A stretch of DNA of 64,000 nucleotides from Azolla caroliniana (lineage: Eukaryota > Plantae > Polypodiophyta), in assembly GCA_043228905.1 (NCBI GenBank), contig JBHGNT010000002.1, forward strand, positions 1,550,001 to 1,614,000. The letters run 5' to 3'. This document shows positions 27,907-39,620 of the stretch, piece after piece. The notes beneath the pieces are model-generated. The model was not told the DNA's origin. It did no database searches and saw only the letters and a program-made list of their open reading frames with translations. The translations under genes were made by a program, and so were the position numbers. Each line of letters starts with the position of its first letter. Position 1 is the first letter of the stretch.

Positions 27907-28167
27907 GTTGATATTTTCGATAAGCCCTAAAGCGATGGTTTTTGGTGGTTTATGAGTTTCTTGAAGAAGAAGAAGAAGAAGAAGAAGAAGAAACAGAAGG
28001 AGAAACGGAACAGAAGGAGACTGCAGGGAAGGAACAGGAAGAAGAAGAAGAAGCACTGAAACAGACTCTGCAGGGAAGGAACAGGAACAGGAACAGGAAA
28101 AGGAAAGAGAAGAGAAGAAAAAGAGAAAGAGAAAGAGAAAGAGAAAGAGAAAGAGAAAGAGAAAGCT

Positions 28168-31100
28168 ATGGAGCGTTATCATCGCGTGAACAAGCCACGT
28201 TCAGAAGCTCCCATCAAGCAAAACGAAGTTCGCATCACTACGCAGGGATTGATGCGCAACTACATTTCTTACTCCTTGACGCTTCTTCAGGTACTCTCTT
28301 CTCTTCTCTACAACTCTTCTCATCTGATCCCTTTTGGAAAATCTCTTGCATCTTTCTTGGTCATGGATGGATCATCACACACATACTTACTTTCCAATCA
28401 ATTTTCCTGCTTTTCCCGTCTCCTTCCTCTTCCTCTATCTCTAAAGTTTTCAATCATCCGTTCTGTCCATTCTTCTTCCAATAATCGATTGTAATGCTTT
28501 TTCCATACGTGCATCTTCTCTCTTTCTCCATATCCTGCTCGAGTTTATATCATCATCGCGAAGAGGTCACATTATTATTGTTATTCCTTTTTTTTTTTTT
28601 AATCTGGTTAACTCTCGCTCAAATCAATGTCCAATCTTTTTGGACGTTTTCCGATTTATTTCTACACTGTATAGGTTCCTCTATTGCAAGAGATAACCAG
28701 GTTCTTTCTTATACTGCTCGAGTTTATATCATCATCGCGAAGAGTGCACATTATTATTGTTATTCTTTTTTTTATCTGGTTAACTCTTGCTCAAATCAAT
28801 GTCCAATCTTTTTGGACGTTTTCCGATTTATTTCTACAGTGTATAGGTTCCTCTATTGCAAGAGATAACCAGGTTCTTTCTTTTCGGTTCTTCTTTCTCA
28901 TTCAACGTCAACCTCTTCTTTCTTTGTCTTCAAGGTTTCAGCTTGCAGATGCACGCACCCTTTCTTTCTTGTTGATCCTTCTTTCTCGTACAATTAAAAC
29001 CTCCTTTTTTTCTGGATTTCCTTCCCGATTTATGACACGTTCCATAAAAATCAACTCCATTTCGCCTGGTTGGTTCTTCTTGGTCATACAGTGATAATAT
29101 TTTCCATCTGCATTACTGTTTTTGTCTATGCGTTCTTTCTTTCTTTCATTCTTTGTCTATACTATTTGAATTCTGTAAAACGTAACATTCTTTACGCTTC
29201 TTTTATCTTTCTTTGCAATTATTTCATTTTTATTAGTTTTGTACTATCTTGGTCATGAACTTTCTTTGTGTGTCCATAATGTTTGCGTCTTCCTAGACTT
29301 TACATAGTTTTACATAACAGATGCTTTCTTGGAAATCTTTTTAATTGATTTTTCTTGTCCTGGCTGGTTTCGTCTACCTCAAGTCTTTAGATAACAGATG
29401 TTACAGGATTCGTTTTTTCTTTTGCTTTTTTGGTAGTTCGCTCTATGTCAATAAACATAAACATCTTTCTGCTTTATTTATTCTATTATAATGCTTTATC
29501 TAACATGCCATAGTTTCTTTCTGTCTCATTCTTGATCATACAATGTCAATATTTTTTGTTGATGTTTTCTTTCTCTGTGTATACAGTTCAACTATAGAAT
29601 AAGTTTATAAAACAGACGTGTCATTCTTTCTTGCTTTGATTCAGTATTTTGCAAATGATTAATGTAACTTAAGCAAGCTTTCTTTCTGATTCAGAAAACG
29701 GAAATTGTTTTTTTCTGTGTATTTTTGTTCTTCATCTATCATGTTTGATTTCTTGTATTGCAAGGCTTCACAGAAATTTTGAAACATTTCCCTTTGGTTT
29801 ACTCTAATCAACGCGTTTGCATACAAAATTATTCATTCTCTTTGTTTATTTCTTCTATTCCGAAAATTGACATAAAAGCAGCATCTTTTCTTTCTGGTTT
29901 CCTCTAAAGGGTTTTCTGGCAAATGAATTTTCTCTATATTGTCTGATTTTCTCAGAACTATTCGATTTCCTGCATTGCTAGAGTTTACATAACTGAATCA
30001 GCATTTCTTTCTGGTTCCGCTAGTATTGGAGTTTAAACACTGAAACACGTATTTTTCAGTCACCCCAACACATAACATGAAATACCTGCTATCTCTCTCT
30101 CTCTCTCTCTCTTGTTTTGTGCAATTAGAAGAACAGCTTTTCGATTTTCTCTAACTCCATGCAATGCATACAGAAGCACATTTGTTTTTTATTCAATCCA
30201 TTGCAATATTTAACAATCAGAAGCATCATTTCTGTTTTCATTTCGCATATTGATTGGGATTGCATGCAGAAGCACTATTATCTTTAATGGTTTTCTCTAT
30301 TGCCAGATGCTGTACTCACAATCATCATTTCGATTTGATTTCCTTTATTGAACGAATTTTGATTATACAAGAATTATTGTTTTCATCTGTGGATTTTATT
30401 ATTGGACCATAGATTGTTTGAAAAGCTTTATTTTTTTTCTTTTGGTCTCAGGAAAAGAATGTCTCAGAAATAATTTTGAAAGCCATGGGTAGAGCTATAA
30501 ACAAGACGGTTTTACTGGCTGAAATTTTGAAGGTAACTCAGTTTGAGCTGTCTTTTTCTTCTCTCTCTTTCATATACTTTTTTCCCATCAATGTCGTTTT
30601 ACTGTTTCTTAATGCAGAGGAAAGAGGAAGGGTTGTATCAAGATATTGTTATTAGCTCTGTGGACATAACAGATACATGGGAGCCACTGGAAGAAGGCCT
30701 TTTGCCGTAAGTTTTGAGTTACAAGATTCTCTCTCAAAAGATTTTAACAAAGGTTTTTTTCTTTATTTTAACTTATTGAAGAAATTTTGACATCTTTTGC
30801 TGTGTTCTCTATAGTATTGAAACAGCCAGACATGTTTCCATTATAACTATCACATTATCAAAGAAGGATCTTGATGCCTCCTCAACTGGGTAAGCTGAAT
30901 TATGGATTCATGTTATTTCAAACAATTTGACCAGATGGACGTTTCTGATTTTATCTAAGAGTAAATGCAGATTAATATGCTGGCTACAACCTACAAATCA
31001 GTGCTGATAATGGGAGTGGGATGGGAGTAAACCTAAAAAATATGAACTTATTCTCATCCAAATTAAAGCTTTGAAAATATGAAAAAAAGAAACTGAAACT

Positions 31101-32013
31101 ATATGAAATAATTTTATCCTTTGATTAAAGCTTTTTGATTTAATTGGGTGGCTCATAATAATGGCTGACCAATTGTGCGAGTTTGAAACCTGCAGTCTCT
31201 AGTAGGAAGTGAATTTCTTTTCCATCCGTTTAATGATTGCCATATCTACCACCTCTCCTATTTATGCAAAGCTGAATAGCATCTACAATGATTATTGAAT
31301 GATCACTGTTCACGTTATGCAAAAGTGTATGTATGGCCGAGGGAAATTTTACTGGCATGGATAAGATTGTTAACGGATGCAAAATGGCAGGTACCAGGCT
31401 CCTTTGAATTCGAAGAGGGTGCAAACTGCAGATGATCCAAAGTATGTGAACAATTCAAGTTTTTCCCGTGGCCCACCCCGTGGAAGAGGTCGAGGTGCAC
31501 CTGGCCGTGGCCAATTCAGAGGAGGTGAATATCTAGCTGAAATATGTTCTATGTGATACTTATTTAGTCAGAGAAATAGAAACCAAATTATGATGCTTCT
31601 CATTTAGGTTACCAACCTGGTGGTGGTGGATATTACAATAATGGAGATGATTATTCGTATAATGGAAGAGGAGGCCGAGGTGGTGGCAGAAGTAGGGGTT
31701 ACTATGGAGGTGGAAGAGGCTATTATAATGGGCACAACAGTGGGTATGACAATGGATATTCAAATTCAAATAATGGAAGATATGATGATGGTGGCTACGG
31801 TGGCAATGGGACATCACAAAGGGGCAGAGGTAACATGGAAGATTTTGTTTGCAGTTGCTTCTTTTATTCATAATGGTATGAAATTTCTCCTGAAAAAATG
31901 TGAATGAGGATGTACTTGTTAATGCAAACTATAAATTTCATTGTGTAGGTATGGGCCCGAGTCGGGGTAGAGGTCGAGCAAGGGCCGTGGATGGTCGAAG
32001 CGGAGGCAGATGA
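28168..32013 (+). CDS. Alba-domain DNA/RNA-binding protein (RPP25-like long Alba with RGG tail); exons 28168-28290, 30452-30532, 30618-30706, 30815-30889, 31391-31524, 31608-31829, 31949-32013
   Basis: MERYHRVNKPRSEAPIKQNEVRITTQGLMRNYISYSLTLLQ/EKNVSEIILKAMGRAINKTVLLAEILK/RKEEGLYQDIVISSVDITDTWEPLEEGLLP/IETARHVSIITITLSKKDLDASSTGYQAPL, followed by an RG/RGG- and Y/G/N-rich tail. GT-AG junctions are in phase. Confidence 0.93.
28535..28882. repeat. About 179-bp tandem duplication in Alba intron 1
   Basis: CTGCTCGAGTTTATATCATCATCGCGAAGAG occurs at 28535 and 28714 with near-identical continuation. Confidence 0.93.
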
Positions 32014-33084
32014 ATTATCTACCATACTAAAAAAGTTTTTTTTGTGCACAATGAGATTGAAATGTGCAATGCTTTATCAAGTTTCTATATCATAATTGCT
32101 GTGAGTTGTTGCAAGTTTTTGCTTCTCGTGATTATGGACATGCAATACAGCAATTGTGATTCTGTTAGGGGTACGTGTATGATCTATCAAAGATATCCAT
32201 ACACTGCATACACCATCGCGAGTGCCTATCCTTGATGAGGATAATAGGTGGGCACCTTTGTCGATTTAGGGACTGCCTGATAATAGGTGAGGCGTGATGA
32301 ATACTTATAGTTGAGAGTAAATATGTGTTTCCAGGTGCTGAAAAATTGTGAGCGATATCTTGGATTTCTTTTTTGAGAAATTTAAGTTACTTTTATATAT
32401 GATGTCATAGTGGGAGAAGTAAGAAGCTCTCACTGAAAACAAAATCCAAGTGATATAACTTTTATACATCAAAGTGATTTGACGAATGCATATGTTCTTT
32501 TTATATACAATCACGGCCGCCTTTTTATATACCAATAAGAGTGTCCTTATACTTTCTTGAAGAATGTTGAGTACATAAGATTTAGAATGTGAGGGATTTC
32601 TGTTTGTTAGTCATTGTAGATTTATTTGTTGGCGTTTAGTTTTGCTGGATATTTGTTTAGGCATTAAAGCATTCTTTTGATTCTTAATTGCAGTAGAAAT
32701 TTATGCTAAGTGTTAGCTCAGATGCTGAATAAAGTCTGAGGCATGATATTCATAATCTTATTACTTTCTGGAGTTTTGAACTTGACTAAGCCTGTGCTTG
32801 CTTGTGTTTCTGGTTATGGTAATCTTTGGTGCAGTTCTCCAGATTCTTGGCTTAACTGTTTTGTTTTCAATGTACAGATTCCTGAATGAAATTTCGAATA
32901 GAGAATCTCTAGTCTTGGTTGTAATTGATTTCTAAGTTAGATATCAGGATGAGGTAGTCATTCCTTTAATTTTCACTTTTAAATTGCAGTTGAGTGTGTA
33001 GTTGCTAGTTCTTGAGCAACAGCTTCTTTGTATGAATTTTGTTCGATTGCTTCTTGGTTATTGATGTCAATCTTTTGATGACTC

Positions 33085-36000
33085 TTTGTTTCTAATTCTC
33101 TAGAGGTTAATAGTCTGAGTAAATCCTGCGCATCTAGATTCTACACCCTCATACACCCTTTCATCATTGTTTTTGTTTTCAATAAAAGTAGTCTTGGAAA
33201 TCTAATTCCAGTGCCTTGGGAGAATGTTCAACAAAGCTCGATGGGATGTCACATGGACACGTAAACAAAAGGTTCCAATAAAGGATGAAGTTTAGAGTCA
33301 CACAAAAATGAGTAATCTTGAAGTTTTTCTGCTATTGAAAATATTTATCCAATGGAATGCATATTGTCTTTACCATCCATTCCCCCTCAAATGCGCAAAT
33401 CTACATGTGGTAGTCAATGTCAACCTCCTAAATTAAATTAACAAGAAAACTAAGATTTTGTGAATAACATAAACTCACTTACTATTATCTTACACATTCT
33501 CTTTTAGAACATGTTTTTTTATATAGAACAGGTTTGTTATTTTCTTAGAACTATTTAGCGTAAACTCTATTTTTATCTTATTGTTATATTTTTAGTTTCG
33601 ATGAATGGGTAAATATCCCATTTTTTTGTAAACCATTTGTCTTATGGGCCAATTTTGGCCTTAGAAGATGTTAATATATCTTTCTTTCTTTCTTTCTTAG
33701 ATGGTCAAATTGCAATCTCCCATCCAAACCATTGCTTTTATATGGGTTATTGATCTATTGTTTGATGTGAGATTGTCAACCAAAGTGAAACTTTAAATCA
33801 AAGGTAAGGAGCTCAATTAAGCACATCTTGCATGAGGAGTACTAGAAGATTCAATTATGTTCTTCTAGGCCGCTGACAAATCTACCCTCTTGGAGAATGC
33901 TTGGGACCTTCTTTTGGTCCCATGGATAAGGTTCAAGGCCCCTGGTGACATTTGAATATATCGTCACCTAAATAAGCCATGGTGTTGTGTTTTTCTATGT
34001 GAGAGATTCGAAAAGTCTTATCATACTAAAAGAACAAAAATTATGTTTGTCACAAAGTTATAAGAAATCAACATAACTTGACCTTCAAATTAGGTTGGTT
34101 TTCAACATTGAGACATTACATGAGCAAAATGCATGTGCAAGGTAACCATACGTATTAGGTCATTTTAGTCGTTGCAAGCATGGAATACTTGTAATCCCAA
34201 ACTTATCCCTCATATCACATGGGTAGAAAATTACAAGTCTTTACATATAAAGTTATTCGTCAAGTATCCTACACTACTAAATTATTGCCAATCCATGGAG
34301 ATCTCTATTAAAAGGACGTTTTGATTGTTTGGAAAAATGTAGATTTTGGATGTCAAAAGTACTTATGATAATGGATCCTAGAACAAGGAAAGTGTTCTTC
34401 CATGGACACTAAGAACCCACATCACATGATGATGATGATGATGATGATGATGATGGTATGTGAGGGGATTCTAATGGACAAATTAAGACCAATCAATATA
34501 GGGCTCATGGAAGTATATGTGCATGAGAATATGCACATGCATTGTAAATCCAGCCGACATTAGAAAGCTTTTAGATTGATATGTTTCTTTTATTTTGTCG
34601 AAGGATGCATTATTTTGGATTATGTCGTTGCAGGATTGTTCCAGGTTTAAGAACCCTTCTACCCATGATTAATTATAATGCTTCCTGCTCTGTGTTTTCG
34701 TTCTTTTTTGGGGAAAGGGGGATTGTTTTGTTTTGGAATGTGCATGGCTCGCTACTCTTTGAATCTTTAACCCTAGACTGGTTACATACACAGGTATCGA
34801 GACACGTCTTTTGTTTAATATTGGAATGCCATTGATTCATGTAAGGATGGTATTGATTCCACGAATGATATCGATTCATATACATATGATATTGGTTTCT
34901 GGTGCAATATGGATGCATATATATATGCTATTGATTTCTAGAACGACATGGATCCATGTATTGTGATCTCATTTCTGGACTGAATGATATCGGTTCATGT
35001 AATGAATTAAACCTTTGCTCCAAAGATAGAGGTAAGCATGTGTTATTGGAAATAGAAAAGCCCTTTAAGATGAGCTAGAGAGCATGTTTAAACTTGAATA
35101 GAGTGAAAATAGCTAATGATATACTTAAACAAATGAGTACATGGATTTTGAAGATTGAAATAGGAATTGTGAAGATTTTAGGTTATCTAATGATGTATGA
35201 TTGCAGGACATCCTTTGATAACTTAAAATTGAATATGGCAAATCTTTGTCACATCATAACATGGATAATTAGTAAGCGCAGTTAATTATGGGAGGAACAG
35301 GTTGCATTTTAGGACATTTCTTAATTGAGAGAACTTGGAAAAGTTGTGATTGTATATATATATATATATATTATATTAACCTTAGACACTGATTGAGTAC
35401 GTGTAGTTGCTCTTTATATATTATGTGCAATAAATGTTTAATATCAATCACATACATGAACCGCATATGGTTATTGAATATGTGTAGTTGGTCATATAGT
35501 TTGTGCTATGCATGTTTAGTATCGATCGCGAAGAACGATAAAACATGTAATTTATTTGCATCCCATTTGAATTTAGTAAATTATGAATCACAATCCAAAT
35601 TTGGGAATTCTTTAGTAGTTTTAAGATTCAATTTTGTTCTTGTTTGTTTGTGTTTGATGCACAAAGAGGTCTTTGGATATTGAATATTTGGGATTCGTGG
35701 ATGCCAGGTTTCTCTTAACTCCGGAACCTTTGAAATGACTAAGCCCAAGTCAGAGGAAGTGTTAAAGGGAGAAAATAAAGTAAAGAAACCTAGGATTAGG
35801 AAGACTGATGGTGCTACTACAATCGAGGCTGAAAACAATGTTATCGGTAGGGAGGTTCATGGCATTGTGGATGGATCTTTTGATGCAGGGTATCTTCTTA
35901 CAGTTAGAGTTGATGGCTCACCCCTTGTTCTTAGGGGTGTAGTTTTTGAACCAGGATTATTCGTTCCTTTATCAAGCGTGACTGACATTGCTCCTAAAGT

Positions 36001-36420
36001 CAAGATGCTTGCTCACAATGAAAATGTGTTGATTCCATCGCCCAAGCAACCAAATGGGCTTGTTATTTCGCCACATTTATCCTCAAAAGAAGGAGATGAA
36101 CCAAAGGTAGCATCCCAGAATCAAGATTCTTCAGGAATTCCTAATGCTAAAAACAATCTGGGATCTTTCTTAGAAGAAGAGAGAGAAACTCTGAGAGAAG
36201 AGGGTCCTGTCATAGAAGATGATGAAATTAGTATCGAGAAGGAATGTATTGATACAAATGCTATACCTGGGCCTGCCAAAAACTTTATAGTAGCTGATCA
36301 AATGACCATAGAACCTATGCATACAAAGGAACATGGTTGTGAAGGAAACAATCGAAGGGCTGATCAAATGAATATAGAATCTACGCTTAAAAAGGAAATG
36401 GGTTCAGGGGAAAAATCTCT
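33085..36420 (+). repeat. Left arm of an inverted segmental duplication
   Basis: 33085-33750 matches the reverse complement of about 50628-51550. 34999-35897 matches the reverse complement of about 47543-48414. 36110-36420 matches the reverse complement of about 46938-47268. Confidence 0.92.
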
Positions 36421-37324
36421 AATAGCTGTTGAAATGACCATAAAACATGTGCATAAGAAGGAAATGGAACACGAGGAAAACCATTCCATATCTCATCTAA
36501 TTACCATAAAACCTGTCCATCCGATGGAAATGGAATCCAAAAGGAAGTCTTTAACAGATGATCAAAGTCCTGTAAAACCTAATGCTATGCATCCGAATGA
36601 AATATCGACAAACCTAAACCTAATTGTGCCTGCGGAGAACTCCTTTACAGCTGATCAAATGGCTGCGAAACCTCCAGACGTTCCAAAAAACAATTCTCCA
36701 AGTTTTGTTGATCAAATGGCCTTGGATCCTGAGAAAATCCCTAAAGCAACAGAAGGTGTAATGCTGATTGATTCAAATGGAGAAGAAAATAAAATCCAAG
36801 AGCAGAAAGAAATAGAGACACTTGTGACAATGGGTTCTAGAGATAATGATAGAGGAAATTTATTCAGAACTGAAACAACTTCAGAGGCAACTGAACAAGA
36901 GTTTTTAGATGTTTGGCGTGTGAACCATGGAGACAGATGTTTAGAAGCTAGAGAAAGACAGCTTATGTTGATTGATTCAAATGAAGAAGAAAAGAAGTTC
37001 CAGGAACTTAAAGTAGGGCAGCTTATGGTAATGGGTTGTGGAGATCGCAATAACAATGTCCCAAACTTGGAAGAAAATTCATTTGGAAGAGAGATTCCCA
37101 AGACAGTGGAACAGGAATTTATAGATGTTTGGCAGGTGAACCATAGAGAGAGGTGTCTAGAAGCCAGAGAAAGAGAACTTATGACCGTTGTTGAGGCACA
37201 CCTATGTGGTCTTGGAACAACAGGCGAGGAATACACATGGACAAAGTCGATAACGGATGGCATGGACCTTTCAGGTAATATCTCTGATACCGATGGGCAG
37301 CCAAATGATTCCTTATTCGGATAA
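35735..37324 (+). CDS. 529-aa protein with a METABOLIC NETWORK MODULATOR 1 (MNM1)-like domain and a repetitive acidic C-terminus
   Basis: Single long ORF containing IGREVHGIVDGSFDAGYLLTVRV...LRGVVFEPGLFVPLSSVTDIAPKVKML, the conserved domain of MNM1-type plant proteins. An acceptor-like CCAG at about 35704-35707 suggests an upstream exon. Confidence 0.8.
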   Translation: MTKPKSEEVLKGENKVKKPRIRKTDGATTIEAENNVIGREVHGIVDGSFDAGYLLTVRVDGSPLVLRGVVFEPGLFVPLSSVTDIAPKVKMLAHNENVLIPSPKQPNGLVISPHLSSKEGDEPKVASQNQDSSGIPNAKNNLGSFLEEERETLREEGPVIEDDEISIEKECIDTNAIPGPAKNFIVADQMTIEPMHTKEHGCEGNNRRADQMNIESTLKKEMGSGEKSLIAVEMTIKHVHKKEMEHEENHSISHLITIKPVHPMEMESKRKSLTDDQSPVKPNAMHPNEISTNLNLIVPAENSFTADQMAAKPPDVPKNNSPSFVDQMALDPEKIPKATEGVMLIDSNGEENKIQEQKEIETLVTMGSRDNDRGNLFRTETTSEATEQEFLDVWRVNHGDRCLEARERQLMLIDSNEEEKKFQELKVGQLMVMGCGDRNNNVPNLEENSFGREIPKTVEQEFIDVWQVNHRERCLEARERELMTVVEAHLCGLGTTGEEYTWTKSITDGMDLSGNISDTDGQPNDSLFG

Positions 37325-37955
37325 AACGTAGTATGGATTACTATGATGGTTGCTTCGATCCTGTGTGAATCCTTCATCTTGAAATGAGTCCGATCTTCTT
37401 GAAGTTTTGATACCACACTTCATGTGTCTGTAGAATGTGGAATTTTGCTTCATCGGGTCTCTTGCATGTAACCAACGATCACGTTATAAATATTTGTTTA
37501 TAGACAGGATTCCTTATAAATCACAATTTTGAGTTCCGAAGAAATTATATGATTTTAATGGTGGTCTCTCATGATGCGTAGATTTTCTTGTAATCTCTGG
37601 TAAGCCTTCCGTGGTCTTTGTTCATATTTCTTGGTTGGGATTGTAACTTGTTGACTATATCAAGCAATGGTGAAACAATGACCATTATGGATCATGATTT
37701 GCCTTTTTCTAATTTGTGGTGTATTCTTGCTTGCACTACATTTCCGGTTCTATTGGCCTTTCTCCAAGGAACATACCATATAATACATAGTACTCTTCAG
37801 ACTGGCTTGGTAGTGCAGCCCACTCATTTTTGCACTGTCATATGTATATCATGTATTTGCATGTCAACATGAGAGATTTCCAAGTAATTACTGTCAAGCT
37901 CTTATCAGAAGTCTTCTTGTCGAAAGCTTTGTTAGATTGTCACATAAACACATTT

Positions 37956-38437
37956 CCCTTAGCAATACGTTCATTAGTGAAAATACATGGGCCAAAAGAG
38001 AATCAAAACTAACTTTGCAAATGCAGGTTTGTTTCCCTAACGTGACAAGCTAATTTCTTATGCTTATTTTGGGGTCACAATATAAGGTCACCTACGCATG
38101 TACAGAAAAAGGTGTAGTTCATAGTAAAACACAATCCTAGATTTTCTGTTGACCTCTTATATAATTATCTGTTAGTTGAAAGTTCCCCATTATTCCCCCT
38201 TAGCAATACGTTCATTAGTGAAAATACATGGGCCAAAAGAGAATCAAAACCAACTTTGCAAATGCAGGTTTGTTTCCCTAACGTGACAAGCTAATTTCTT
38301 ATGCTTATTTTGGGGTCACGATATAAGGTCACCTACGCATGTACAGAAAAAGTTGTAGTTCATACTAAAACACAATCCTAGATTTTCTGTTGACCTGTTA
38401 TATAATTATCTGTTAGTTGAAAGTTCCCCATTATTCC
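37956..38437. repeat. 241-bp near-perfect tandem duplication, intergenic
   Basis: CCCTTAGCAATACGTTCATTAGTGAAAATACATGGGCC occurs at 37956 and 38197. Confidence 0.95.
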
Positions 38438-39620
38438 ATATGAGATCAAGGATAAAGAGTAAACTTTATCAAACAACAATGCATGAAACTGAATGTTTGT
38501 GGAATTAGACAATGTCCCCTGGCTAGTTTTTAACTCAGTTTTTCTATAAGTTCTCCAATGTGTACCAACAGTTTTGAACATGATTTATGCGTTTGGCATT
38601 GTGGCCTTCTACGATGTTAATGTGTCATGTCTCTAAGACTCCCATGGTTATGTGGTGATCGTCTGACAAAGTGGGACGATCACAGGAATCTCAGCAAACT
38701 GCCAACATCCTTGCATTTATCAATCTCTTGTAAGAATTGAAAACTTTCTGGTTATATGATATGAAAAGTAAAAAGTTGTGGTATGTTGTGCACGTTAAGG
38801 TTACATGACGAGGGTAGGCTTGTAAGCTCAAATTAGCAAGATTGTTGTAGAGAGTTGTTTACACATTTGGAGGTTAAGAGTTCAAATCCTTTTTCCTTGT
38901 GCTTATTTCTTCAACGACGCATGAAATGACAACTTTGTTTTTCGATGTGTGCGTTCAGATCAAACATGCTAAGTTTAATGGAATTTATGATGTTGATCTG
39001 ATCATCATTCACTGTGAAATCTAGAGCCTCATGGAGCTTTAGTAGCAGTATTTCGATGTATGAAACTTCAGAGTTGCTTTTACATGAAGATGGCAGTTAA
39101 GAAGAATCCAAAATCTACTATATGTGTACACAGATTTTTGTGAGATTTACTGATAAAAAGGAAACTAATTTGAAACTATACATGTACCTCAGAGTGGGCG
39201 TGCCCTAATCAGTGAGATTAGAAGCTTAGATGGGAAATTGGCATCACATTGTAGGTGTGTTTATTCCATTGGATCTATTTCTTAAATGTCTTATGTTGTT
39301 GACACACATTTGAAACTCCAAACATGAGATTCCTTCCTACTCGAGACCAAACGCACAACTAAATAAATTACAAGCACAAAAGCAGTATACAACATTGACA
39401 TTCCTCCCATCACTTGTTTTTATTCCAATCTATGCTTCATGGTAGTATATTCCACACTGAACATTCTTGATGTGTTTGATAAAGGAGGGGTTGCACAACT
39501 CATGGAACCCTCAAATACTAGTTTACAAATACAAAGCTCATAATCAAAGCCATTGCTAGGCTTGCAAGCCTATAATATGTATATATATTGAAATAAATAA
39601 TGGTAGAAGATTTACTCTTG

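Noticed and set aside
36712-37416. 234-aa minus-strand ORF
   Set aside because: It is antisense to the MNM1-domain CDS and has no independent motif.
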